DNA from: an archaeon
GTDB taxonomy: Archaea; Iainarchaeota; Iainarchaeia; Iainarchaeales; JBDRCV01
Reading direction: 5' to 3'
NCBI GenBank assembly: GCA_043821385.1
Contig: JBDRCV010000008.1
Span: 1-33,668, forward strand
DNA: 33,668 bases
Shown: positions 15,661 through 23,268 of the stretch, in pieces
How positions within the stretch are numbered: position 1 is the stretch's first letter
Layout: each line of letters starts with the position of its first letter
The notes under the pieces: model-generated
Database searches by the model: none
The model's input: only the letters and a program-made list of their open reading frames with translations
Told to the model about the DNA's origin: nothing
Made by a program: the position numbers and the translations under genes

Positions 15661-15978
15661 ATGAGAACAGAACTAGTTTCAATAAGACTTCCAAAAGAAG
15701 AAGTTAAAGTCATAATTGAAAGAGCAAAAGAAGAACACACTGACAAAACAACAGCCATAAGAAGAACTCTTGCATTAGGTGCAAAACAATACTTGCTCAA
15801 CAAAGCATTCGAAGAATACAAACAAGGCAAAATAAGCCTTGGAAAAACCGCTGAAACAACAGGATTAAGTCTTTGGGAAATAATGGAAGAAGCAAAAACA
15901 AGAAACATACCAAACCCACTGACAAAACAAGAATTCAAAGAAGGACTAAAAAACCTGGAAAAAGTCTGGAAAAAATAA
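15661..15978 (+). CDS. UPF0175 (COG2886)-like putative antitoxin
   Basis: ATG at 15661 lies after a GGTGA SD and 4 nt after the PIN-like gene stop. The sequence ...KAFEEYKQGKISLGKTAETTGLSLWEIMEEAKTRNIP is typical of UPF0175. Its TAA stop (15976-15978) lies inside repeat copy 2 and is created by one of the two repeat mismatches. Confidence 0.6.
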   Translation: MRTELVSIRLPKEEVKVIIERAKEEHTDKTTAIRRTLALGAKQYLLNKAFEEYKQGKISLGKTAETTGLSLWEIMEEAKTRNIPNPLTKQEFKEGLKNLEKVWKK

Positions 15979-16031
15979 AAGCAGACTGCGATAGTTTAGC
16001 TAGAGACGTTGACAGAAAATTTGAAGTCTGA
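15968..16031 (+). repeat. Direct repeat copy 2 (64 bp), orphan duplicate of a gene 3' end
   Basis: See copy 1. Sequence identity stops exactly after the TGA in both copies. Confidence 0.9.
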
Positions 16032-16055
16032 TAAAGCAACCGAAAACCTTTTAAG

Positions 16056-16073
16056 AACTATAGCACTATAGTT
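16056..16073. promoter_or_regulatory. Perfect 8-bp inverted repeat (AACTATAG-CA-CTATAGTT), candidate VapB operator
   Basis: Read directly from the sequence. It lies between a TATA-like CTTTTAAG (about 16047-16054) and the SD/ATG of the VapB-like gene (16088). Confidence 0.4.
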
Positions 16074-16087
16074 TGTGGGTGATAAGT

Positions 16088-16297
16088 ATGGTTACTACCA
16101 CTATTCAAATTGAAGCCCCAACAAAAGAATTGTTGAACGAACTTAAAACAAGCTTTTCAACAAAAACTTACGATGAAGTAATAAGAATTCTTGTAAAAAA
16201 GAAAACCAAGTCAATGTATGGAAAGCTAGGTAAAGGTAAGAAGATATCGGCAACTGAAATGATGAAAGGATTACGGGACAAGCATGACAGATACTAG
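16088..16297 (+). CDS. vapB: VapB-type antitoxin (DUF217/PF02697-like)
   Basis: ATG at 16088 lies 7 nt after a GGTGA SD; the track TTG at 16073 was rejected. MVTTTIQIEAPTKELLNELKTSFSTKTYDEVIRILVKKK matches the archaeal small-antitoxin pattern. It overlaps the downstream PIN gene by 14 nt. Confidence 0.65.
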   Translation: MVTTTIQIEAPTKELLNELKTSFSTKTYDEVIRILVKKKTKSMYGKLGKGKKISATEMMKGLRDKHDRY

Positions 16298-16664
16298 CAT
16301 TTTCTTAGATTCTAGTATTTGGTTAGGTTACTTTTTGGGAAATATTGAAAAAACAAAAGAAATAATTGAATCAGAAGAAACTATATTATTTACTTCAATT
16401 ATTTCAATTCACGAAGTATTCAAAAGACTAAACAAACAAAAACAAAACTCTTGGAAAGCAGTAAAATTCATTGAAGAAAACAGTATAATAGTCAATTTAA
16501 ACAAAAATATTGCAATAACTGCTGTTAAAAACTGTGAAAAATACAAGTTGCATACAACTGATTCATTAATTTACTCAAGCTCTGAAGAAATGAAAACAAT
16601 ATTTATAACTGCTGATAACGACTTCAAAAAAACACATAACACAATAATAATAAAGACAAAGTAA
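16284..16664 (+). CDS. vapC: PIN-domain ribonuclease toxin VapC
   Basis: 126 aa. The acidic PIN residues are in the expected order (IFLDSS..., ...SIHEV..., ...TTDSLIY..., ...ITADNDF). Confidence 0.8.
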   Translation: MTDTSIFLDSSIWLGYFLGNIEKTKEIIESEETILFTSIISIHEVFKRLNKQKQNSWKAVKFIEENSIIVNLNKNIAITAVKNCEKYKLHTTDSLIYSSSEEMKTIFITADNDFKKTHNTIIIKTK

Positions 16665-17732
16665 TCACCAGCCTTCCGGCGCGTTATCTTTTTTTGAATG
16701 AAAGTCTTTAACATACTGGTCGTTATAGTAAGCCCAAACTTCAGTTACAGGGTAATCAGCAAAACGAAAGTGAGTGAAAAAAAAGCCAGCAGACTTATTT
16801 AATTTTTGTTCTATATCACTCCAACTAGGCCCTGAAGTAGGATCCAAGTTCAACCATTCACCATCAACTTTTAACTGTGCCCAAGCATGCCCGCCAACTT
16901 CACCGTCAAAATTAACTTCTCCTAAAACAACTCTGACATCAACTGCACTAACACCCATTGCACGGTATAATGAAACTAAAGTGTTAGCTTGTTCAGAACA
17001 ATCACTTGCCACCGACGGCTTAACAGGATTTGAAGGCATACTGGGAGTTTGAGTCAAGAATTCTTGAGGAGTAAGCCATTTTTCTGATTGATTGTTCAAA
17101 GTTTGCTCTGAAACCCAAACCCAACTACGAGCAGAATACTGGTAAGCTGAAGAAAAATCATTAAATTTACTGGCAAGAGAAACAATTGCTTGAGCTTCAG
17201 GAGTAACAAAAGTTTGATAACGAGAAATTTGCCCGCCTTCAGGATCAGGTTCAAAGTCAGGGTTGTTTTCTTTCAACCAGTCATCTAGTTCATCCTTGCT
17301 TAACAAGTCTCTTTCTTTAAGAGTTTTAATTAACCCTGATTCCTGAATTTTTTGCAAGGCAAACGCTTTAACTTCATCTTTTAAACCAGAAATAAAGGTT
17401 TTAGCTTCAACATGATCTAAAACCCTCAAAACACAAGGTTTGGATTCCAAACTTTTTGCCTCACTTTCCTTTAATTCCAGAACCCACCAGTAATCTTCTC
17501 CAGTAAGAGAAGCCATCAACTGGTCTTGACTAAAATAAACTCCTTCCCTAGAACAATCACGGTCAACTTGAACAAGGTAAGCGTCTAAAGGATCTTCCGA
17601 GGGTTCAATTGGAGGAAGGCCAGGGTTATTGTTTGGAGGGTTTATTGGTTGTTCTGGTTGAACACAACCAGAAATAAGAATTACTAGAATTAAAGTCAGA
17701 ACCACGACAATTTTATTAATCTTATAATTCAT
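16665..17732 (-). CDS. Transglutaminase-like (Cys-His-Asp) domain lipoprotein
   Basis: 355 aa. Signal peptide with a lipobox (VILISGC). The C-terminal core DCSEQANTLVSLYRAMGV...GGHAWAQLKVDGEWLNLDPTSG carries the C, H, D arrangement of the transglutaminase-like protease fold. Its stop codon directly abuts the vapC stop, with 0 nt between them. Confidence 0.7.
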   Translation of the reverse strand: MNYKINKIVVVLTLILVILISGCVQPEQPINPPNNNPGLPPIEPSEDPLDAYLVQVDRDCSREGVYFSQDQLMASLTGEDYWWVLELKESEAKSLESKPCVLRVLDHVEAKTFISGLKDEVKAFALQKIQESGLIKTLKERDLLSKDELDDWLKENNPDFEPDPEGGQISRYQTFVTPEAQAIVSLASKFNDFSSAYQYSARSWVWVSEQTLNNQSEKWLTPQEFLTQTPSMPSNPVKPSVASDCSEQANTLVSLYRAMGVSAVDVRVVLGEVNFDGEVGGHAWAQLKVDGEWLNLDPTSGPSWSDIEQKLNKSAGFFFTHFRFADYPVTEVWAYYNDQYVKDFHSKKDNAPEGW

Positions 17733-17782
17733 TCTATATACAAAGAGTTAATTACCTTTTTAAACCTTTTTTTGTTACATAT

Positions 17783-17819
17783 TATAAAGTTTAATAAAGT
17801 TTATAAAGTTTATAAAATT
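17783..17819. repeat. Four tandem TATA-like units (TATAAAGTT / TAATAAAGTT / TATAAAGTT / TATAAAATT) in the divergent promoter region upstream of the thermosome gene
   Basis: Read directly from the sequence; the period is 9-10 bp. A further TTTTTTAAAC box at about 17826-17836 and a GGAGGTG SD at 17847-17853 follow. Confidence 0.7.
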
Positions 17820-17859
17820 TAGTAATTTTTTTAAACGCTTTTTATTGGAGGTGTGTTTT

Positions 17860-19515
17860 GTGACACAACAGCAAATGAATCAACCAGTCGTATTCTTGAC
17901 TGATGGAAGCAAGCGAGTTAGAGGAAGGGACGCGCAAAGAATAAACATTATGATAGCAAAAGCAGTAGCTAATGCAGTAAAGTCTACTCTTGGACCTAAA
18001 GGCATGGATAAAATGCTTGTAGATGATTTAGGAGACGTTACGATTAGTAATGATGGAGCAACAATTTTAAGTGAAATGAGCATTGATCATCCAGCAGGAA
18101 AAATGATGGTTGAAGTTGCAAAAACTCAAGACGATGAAGTTGGAGACGGAACAACAACAGCAGTAGTTATTGCTGGAGGATTACTTGATAAAGCTGAAAG
18201 ATTGCTTGACGATGAAGTTCATCCATCAATAATAATTAATGGTTACCGGATTGCAGCAAAAAAAGCTAAAGAATTTTACACAGAAATATCAGAAAACATT
18301 AACGTTAAAGACATTGAAAAAATCAAGAATATTGCTTTGACTTCAATGACTGGAAAAAGTGCTGAATCAGCTGTCGAGTTAGCTGACCTAGTTGTTAAAG
18401 CAGTAATACAAGTTGCTGAAGAAAAAAACAATAAAACAATAATTGACTTGGATCAAATTAAAGTTGAAAAGAAAGGCGGAGCAAGCCTTGTAGAAAGCAA
18501 ACTAATTGAAGGAGTAGTAATTGACAAGGAAAGAGTGCATTCTGGAATGCCAAGAATTGTAAAAAACGCTAAAATTGCTTTAATTGACGCAGCACTAGAA
18601 ATTAAAGGCCCTGAAACTGATGCAAAAATCCAGATTACTTCACCAGACCAATTGCAAGGATTCTTGGATCAGGAAGAAGAAATGTTGAGAAGCATGGTTG
18701 CAACCATCAAGAAATCTGGTGCAAACGTTTTAATCTGCCAGAAAGGAATTGATGACGTAGCACAACATTTTTTGGCACAAGAAGGAATTTTTGCTGTTCG
18801 AAGAGTCAAAAAAAGTGACATGGATAACCTTGCAAAAGCAACCGGAGCAAAAGTACTGTCAAGAATTAAAGATTTAACTGAAAAAGACGTTGGAAATGCA
18901 GAAATAGTTGAAGAAAGAAAAATTGCCGGAGACGCAATGACTTTTGTTGAAGGCTGTAAGAACCCTAAAGCAGTAACCATTTTATTGCGCGGCGGTTCAG
19001 AACACGTTTTAGATGAAGCAGAAAGAGCATTACAAGACGCTTTAGGTTCAACTACAACAGCAATTAAAACAGGAAAAATTGTTGCTGGCGGCGGAAGCTG
19101 TGAAATGGAAGTAAGCATAAAGTTAAGAGAATTTGCTAAAAGTGTTGGTGGAAGAGAACAACTGGCAATTGAAGCTTTTGCTGAAACACTTGAAATAATT
19201 CCAAAAACTTTAGCTGAAACAGCTGGAATGGACTCAATTGACACTTTGGTTGCTTTAAGGTCAAAGCATTCAAGCAAAGACGGTAAAACAATTGGAGTAA
19301 ACGTTTACACTGCCAAACTAGAAGACATGCTAAAAAACAATGTCATTGAACCATTAAACACTAAAACTCAAGCAATTACTTCAGCTTCAGAGGTAGCGGA
19401 AATGATTCTAAGAATTGATGACATTATTGCAGGAACAAGTTCAAGCAAAGGCAGTGGCGGAATGCCACCAGGCATGCCTCCAGGCATGGGCGGAATGCCT
19501 CCAGGAATGATGTAA
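17860..19515 (+). CDS. ths: Thermosome subunit (group II chaperonin, Cpn60/TCP-1 family)
   Basis: Motifs seen: [29 protein letters not shown] and [10 protein letters not shown] (ATP-binding), plus a C-terminal [19 protein letters not shown] tail. I prefer the GTG start at 17860, 6 nt after the GGAGGTG SD. The ATG at 17875 is an alternative; the track TTG at 17845 overlaps the SD. Confidence 0.95.
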   Translation: MTQQQMNQPVVFLTDGSKRVRGRDAQRINIMIAKAVANAVKSTLGPKGMDKMLVDDLGDVTISNDGATILSEMSIDHPAGKMMVEVAKTQDDEVGDGTTTAVVIAGGLLDKAERLLDDEVHPSIIINGYRIAAKKAKEFYTEISENINVKDIEKIKNIALTSMTGKSAESAVELADLVVKAVIQVAEEKNNKTIIDLDQIKVEKKGGASLVESKLIEGVVIDKERVHSGMPRIVKNAKIALIDAALEIKGPETDAKIQITSPDQLQGFLDQEEEMLRSMVATIKKSGANVLICQKGIDDVAQHFLAQEGIFAVRRVKKSDMDNLAKATGAKVLSRIKDLTEKDVGNAEIVEERKIAGDAMTFVEGCKNPKAVTILLRGGSEHVLDEAERALQDALGSTTTAIKTGKIVAGGGSCEMEVSIKLREFAKSVGGREQLAIEAFAETLEIIPKTLAETAGMDSIDTLVALRSKHSSKDGKTIGVNVYTAKLEDMLKNNVIEPLNTKTQAITSASEVAEMILRIDDIIAGTSSSKGSGGMPPGMPPGMGGMPPGMM

Positions 19516-19540
19516 AATCATTCCTTTAACTTTTTTTTCT
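19504..19540 (+). terminator. Hairpin + oligo-T terminator candidate after the thermosome gene
   Basis: GGAATGAT (19504-19511) pairs with ATCATTCC (19517-19524) across a GTAAA loop that spans the stop codon, followed by a T8 run (19531-19538). A second 9-bp hairpin is TACTCTTTT (19543-19551) / AAAAGAGTA (19564-19572). Confidence 0.5.
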
Positions 19541-19778
19541 TTTACTCTTTTACTAATTTTTTTAAAAGAGTAATTGTTTTTATTTTAACTTGTTTTTAAT
19601 TTATTTTTCTTTTAATTTCTTATTGATTTCTTATTGTTTTCTTTTACTTGATTATTAAATTCTAAATTTACTCTCAGTTTAATTTTTTTAGTCTTTTATT
19701 TTTCTTCAAATTTTTTTTAAATTCCAACAGTTAGTTTTATAAAGAAGTAAGATATTATTATTTTGGTGATTTTCTAAA

Positions 19779-20477
19779 ATGGCTGAGACTGTTATAGCAA
19801 ACGACATTGGCTTTGCATTGTATCAAGCTTTGATTGGAATTTGGAATTCATTTGTTCAAGTGGTTCCAGCACTAATCGGAGCAATAGTCTTACTTATTAT
19901 TGGTTGGATTATTGGAAAAGTATTAAAGCACGTAGTAATAAAACTGCTTGATGCCTTAAAAATTGACGAGTGGGCTAAAAAAGAACATCTAAGTGGTGCT
20001 TTAGGTCACAAGAAAATTTCCCACTTATTTGGAAGCTTGACAAAATGGTATGTAATTATTTTGTTTTTAGCTCAAGCCACACAATTGATTAACATGGACA
20101 TTCTTAAAAGCTTTTTATTATACGCCGTACAGTATTTATCATTGTTAATTGGCATAGTAATAGTAATAATCTTAGGATTACTGCTTGGAAGATATTTTAA
20201 AAACAGAATTCAAGCAACCAAGCACCCTTACTCCAATCTGGTGGGATGGCTAGTAGAAGTAGTAGTAGTTTACTTTGCAATCGTTATCGCCTTAGAAGCA
20301 GCTGGGTTCCCAGTTACAATCTTACTGGACGCATTTAGAATCGCGTTCGCTGCAGCAGCATTCACTGTTGCAATCATTGTAGGAATTAGTGTGGGTCTAG
20401 CGTTCAGGGAAGATGCGAGAAGTATGATACAAGAAGCCAAAAAAGGTTGGAAAGGCGCAGTAAAGAAAAAAAGGTAA
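19779..20477 (+). CDS. Integral membrane protein with repeated conserved-TM-helix motifs (MscS-N-terminal-like, tentative)
   Basis: 232 aa with at least 5 hydrophobic helices. The helix-plus-basic-amphipathic pattern recurs (ALIGAIVLLIIGWIIGKVLKHVVIKLLD; IVIVIILGLLLGRYFKNRIQ). A GGTGA SD lies 10 nt upstream. Confidence 0.4.
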   Translation: MAETVIANDIGFALYQALIGIWNSFVQVVPALIGAIVLLIIGWIIGKVLKHVVIKLLDALKIDEWAKKEHLSGALGHKKISHLFGSLTKWYVIILFLAQATQLINMDILKSFLLYAVQYLSLLIGIVIVIILGLLLGRYFKNRIQATKHPYSNLVGWLVEVVVVYFAIVIALEAAGFPVTILLDAFRIAFAAAAFTVAIIVGISVGLAFREDARSMIQEAKKGWKGAVKKKR

Positions 20478-20620
20478 AACCATAAAATTCTTTTCCACCT
20501 CTTTTTTTATTTTTTTTATTTGTTTAGTTATAAGTTTAACTATCGTTTAGTTTTTAATTCAACTGACAAAACAAACATTTAAATATAACACAGTGTATAA
20601 TTTATTATACTGGTGGTTTA

Positions 20621-20815
20621 ATGGAAGCAATTACTAAAACTAGGCGAATTGGTGGTTCTATTGTTACAACTATTCCAAAAGAAGTGGCAGAAAAACTGAA
20701 ATTAAAAGAAAATGAGTTAATCGAAATTGAAATAAAAAGAGTTAAAAAAAGCTTTTTTGGAGCTATAAAAGGAATTCCTTCATTTAAAGAAGATGATAGG
20801 TTTGACAGAGCATAA
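20621..20815 (+). CDS. vapB: AbrB/SpoVT/MazE-fold antitoxin (VapB-like)
   Basis: 64 aa. RRIGGSIVTTIPKEVAEKLKLKENELIEIEI is a typical swapped-hairpin AbrB motif. A GGTGG SD lies upstream and a TTTAAATATA box about 40 nt upstream. Confidence 0.75.
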   Translation: MEAITKTRRIGGSIVTTIPKEVAEKLKLKENELIEIEIKRVKKSFFGAIKGIPSFKEDDRFDRA

Positions 20816-21191
20816 TTTGTTAATGGATTCAAGCGCTTGGATAGAATACTTTAATGGAACAAAACCAGGGCAAAAAGTTAAAGAACTAATTGAAAACGAA
20901 AAATATTTGGTCTTAAACCCAAATATTGTTGCAGCCGAAGTTACAAGCAAGATAGCAAGATTTGGAGGCAATGTTGAAAAAGCTATTACTGCAATAAAAA
21001 CTCTTTCAATTCCCGTAAGAGAAGACCAAGAACTTTTTTTTGAAGCAGGAAAACAACATTTTCACTTAAAGAAAAAATTCAAGAATATTAGTTTAGCAGA
21101 TTCAATTATAAAAACAATTGCCGAGAAAAATAACGCAGTAATTGTAACAAAAGACAGGCATTTGAATGGAAAGAAAACAATACTAATTTAA
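20793..21191 (+). CDS. vapC: PIN-domain ribonuclease toxin VapC
   Basis: 132 aa. Motifs are LLMDSSAWIEYF..., ...AAEVTSK..., ...LADSIIKTIAE... and ...VTKDRHL. The start may instead be the ATG at 20823 (MDSSAW...). Confidence 0.8.
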   Translation: MIGLTEHNLLMDSSAWIEYFNGTKPGQKVKELIENEKYLVLNPNIVAAEVTSKIARFGGNVEKAITAIKTLSIPVREDQELFFEAGKQHFHLKKKFKNISLADSIIKTIAEKNNAVIVTKDRHLNGKKTILI

Positions 21192-21255
21192 AAGCATTTA
21201 AAAAACCCTTGCAATTACAATTTTAATGATTAAAGTTGATTAAAGAGGTTTTCAA

Positions 21256-22545
21256 TTGATTAAATTAAAGGCTTTAGGTGGAGCAATGGAAGTTGGAAGA
21301 AGTTCCTTTCTTGTTTCAGCTGACGACAAAATTCTTTTAGACAGTGGTTTAAAGATTACAAATGAAGCAGATAATGTTCCTGAAAACACTGGTCCTTTAG
21401 CTCCAAGCGAAACAAACGAGTTCATTGACGCAGTAATTATTTCTCACGCTCACCTAGACCACTCTGGCAATGTCCCAAGCTTGTTTCATAAAACTCATTC
21501 AATGACTTACATGACTCCTCCAACACTAGAAATTAGTGCTGTTTTATGGCATGACAGTATTAAAATAGCAAAATTGAATGGAATTAGTCCTCCTTTCACT
21601 AAAAACGAAATAGAGGAAGTCATGAATTTTGCTTTCCCAATAAACTATAATCGTTTAGTGCATATTACAAAAAACACTTCACTTGAATTGTTTAACGCTG
21701 GACACATTCTTGGCAGTGCAATGGCAAAACTTTACTTTAAAGGCAAAACACTTCTTTACACTGGAGATTTCAAGGACACTGAAACCAAGTTACATGATGG
21801 CTGTGACTTTAATGTCGGAGACTGTGATTTTTTAATTACTGAAACAACTTACGGTAACTCTAACCATTCTTCAAGACAAGCAATGGAGAAAGCCTTCCTT
21901 GAATCAATTCAAGAAACTTTAGACAACGGCGGAACTGCGTTGGTTCCTGCTTTTGCTGTAGGAAGAAGTCAGGAAGCAATTGAAGTATTGCATGAAGGTA
22001 AAATTGATGCACCAATTTACTTGGATGGAATGGGGAAAAAAATTGTTCAAACTTACTTTAATTTCCCTGAATTTTTTGTTAAAAGAAAAGCTTTAAAGAA
22101 AGCCATGAATAAAGTAATTCAAATTCAAAGCCAAAAACAGAGACTTGATGCATTAAAACAACCAAGCGTTATTGTAACGACTGCAGGAATGCTTGTCGGC
22201 GGGCCAGTAGCATTTTATTTATCAAAAATGTATAATGACCGGAAATCAAAAATTCATTTAACTGGCTACCAAGTTGAAGGCACGCCTGGAAGGAGTTTGC
22301 TTGAAACAGGCAGACTAATAATTCAAGACAAAACAGTTGACGTTAAAGCTGCCGTGGAAAAATTTGATTTCTCCGCACACACTGGACAAAAAGGAATTTT
22401 GAAATTAATTAAAAGTTGTAATCCAGAAAAAGTTGTTTTAGTTCACGGTGACCCAAAAGTAATTAATGAAACCAAACTAGTAATAGAAAAAGAAGGAATT
22501 GAAACCATTGCAATAAAAAAAGATGAAACCATTAAACTTTACTAG
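21256..22545 (+). CDS. Metallo-beta-lactamase / beta-CASP ribonuclease, aCPSF2-like (no KH domains)
   Basis: 429 aa with a TTG start 6 nt after an AGAGGT SD. The N-terminus (M)IKLKALGGAMEVGRSSFLV is typical. The HAHLDHSG motif 2 is present, and the later GDF...TETTYG, ...SAH... and VHGD motifs are in beta-CASP order. Confidence 0.8.
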   Translation: MIKLKALGGAMEVGRSSFLVSADDKILLDSGLKITNEADNVPENTGPLAPSETNEFIDAVIISHAHLDHSGNVPSLFHKTHSMTYMTPPTLEISAVLWHDSIKIAKLNGISPPFTKNEIEEVMNFAFPINYNRLVHITKNTSLELFNAGHILGSAMAKLYFKGKTLLYTGDFKDTETKLHDGCDFNVGDCDFLITETTYGNSNHSSRQAMEKAFLESIQETLDNGGTALVPAFAVGRSQEAIEVLHEGKIDAPIYLDGMGKKIVQTYFNFPEFFVKRKALKKAMNKVIQIQSQKQRLDALKQPSVIVTTAGMLVGGPVAFYLSKMYNDRKSKIHLTGYQVEGTPGRSLLETGRLIIQDKTVDVKAAVEKFDFSAHTGQKGILKLIKSCNPEKVVLVHGDPKVINETKLVIEKEGIETIAIKKDETIKLY

Positions 22546-22554
22546 TGTTGGAAA

Positions 22555-23268
22555 ATGAAAAGATTTTGCCCTGAATGCGGTGTGACAGACGATAAAAAAA
22601 CTTTTGTTAACGGTTTCTGCATTGACTGTTATCCTTCAAAAGAAAAACTAATTGAATTACCAAAAGAAATTAAAGTTGAATACTGTAAGAACTGCAGGAA
22701 AATTGTTTTTAAAGGCAAACTGTTAACTGAAACTCCTGCACTCTTGGAATCAATTGTTTTAAAACATTTAAAGTTATCAGACCAGTTAGATGCAAGAAAA
22801 ATTATTATTAACTTTAGTGCTTTAAAAGAAGAAACCTTGCTTGTCAGCGTGAAAGCTAATTGTTTGATTGACTCAAAACCAGTAATGCTTGCAAGCCAAA
22901 CAATTTTAAGGTTTAAGAAAACTCACTGCAATGACTGCAACAAACTAAAATCCAATTACCATGAATGCGTTATACAAGTAAGATTTAAAGACAAACAAGA
23001 GAAAAGTGTTTTGCAGAAAGTTTTAAGAAAACTAGAGTCAAGGCTTCAGGAAATAAGCAAAACTAATGCTTTAGCTACAGTTGTTAAAATTGAATACTTG
23101 AAAAACGGGTTTGACGCATCTGTTGGAAGCAAGAAAGCAGGCAAGAAAGCTTTTAATTCTTTAAAGAAAAGTTTTCAAGGAAAAGTAAAATATTCAACCA
23201 CTTTAGTTGGAGAAAAAAACGGGAAAAGAATTTACAGGGAAACTTACTGCTTGAAAATCAACCAATAA
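22555..23268 (+). CDS. NMD3-family protein (archaeal homolog of the 60S subunit export adaptor)
   Basis: 237 aa with four CxxC pairs in the NMD3 N-terminal arrangement (CPECG...CIDCY...CKNCRK...CNDCNK). Confidence 0.65.
   Translation: MKRFCPECGVTDDKKTFVNGFCIDCYPSKEKLIELPKEIKVEYCKNCRKIVFKGKLLTETPALLESIVLKHLKLSDQLDARKIIINFSALKEETLLVSVKANCLIDSKPVMLASQTILRFKKTHCNDCNKLKSNYHECVIQVRFKDKQEKSVLQKVLRKLESRLQEISKTNALATVVKIEYLKNGFDASVGSKKAGKKAFNSLKKSFQGKVKYSTTLVGEKNGKRIYRETYCLKINQ

Larger units (their letters stand above)
14989..16031 (+). mobile_element. Putative inserted toxin-antitoxin cassette bounded by 64-bp direct repeats (no recombinase inside)
   Basis: The segment between and including the right repeat contains only 140 nt of non-coding DNA plus the PIN-like/UPF0175-like pair. 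The right repeat is a non-functional duplicate of the 3' end of the left-flank gene. Confidence 0.4.

Noticed and set aside
14496-15938. Minus-strand ORFs 14496-14810, 14710-14898, 15110-15292, 15189-15428, 15425-15694 and 15573-15938
   Set aside because: They are antisense to the histone-fold-like, PIN-like and UPF0175-like genes. Their poly-S/F/L composition is typical of the complement of GAA/AAA-rich coding sequence.
14925-16031. The 64-bp repeats considered as integron attC sites of a cassette array
   Set aside because: I saw no RYYYAAC...GTTRRRY paired core sites and no extended imperfect palindrome. There is no third site after the next TA pair and no integron integrase in the window. 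A simple duplication of a gene 3' end explains it better.
17845-17859. Track start codon TTG 17845 for the thermosome; likewise 5244 for the pilin-like gene, 14509 for the histone-fold-like gene, 16073 for vapB, 30703 for the surface protein and 33615 for the PPC-like gene
   Set aside because: The longest-ORF starts overlap the SD itself, lack an SD or TATA context, or add non-conserved residues ahead of a recognisable N-terminus. Internal starts fit the motifs better.
18669-19277. 202-aa minus-strand ORF inside the thermosome gene
   Set aside because: It lies antisense to a highly conserved chaperonin gene. It is an A/S/L-rich shadow of GCN/GAA-rich codons with no independent signal.
19541-19778. 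AT-rich 260-nt intergenic region with iterated T-rich motifs (CTTTTAC, TTCTTATTG x2), considered as a CRISPR leader/array or a small RNA
   Set aside because: It has no regular repeat-spacer periodicity and the repeats are under 10 bp and degenerate. It looks like terminator and promoter low-complexity DNA between the thermosome and the membrane-protein gene.
20577-20600. Imperfect palindrome TATAACAC-A-GTGTATA upstream of the second vapB
   Set aside because: Only ACAC-A-GTGT pairs perfectly; the outer TATA arms are offset by one base. It overlaps the TATA-like box, so I cannot separate an operator from the promoter by eye.
21227-21265. Three copies of TGATTAAA(G/T) just upstream of and overlapping the beta-CASP gene start
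   Set aside because: It is a short AT-rich 8-mer with irregular spacing (10 and 20 nt), and the third copy is coding. Chance occurrence is plausible in this composition.
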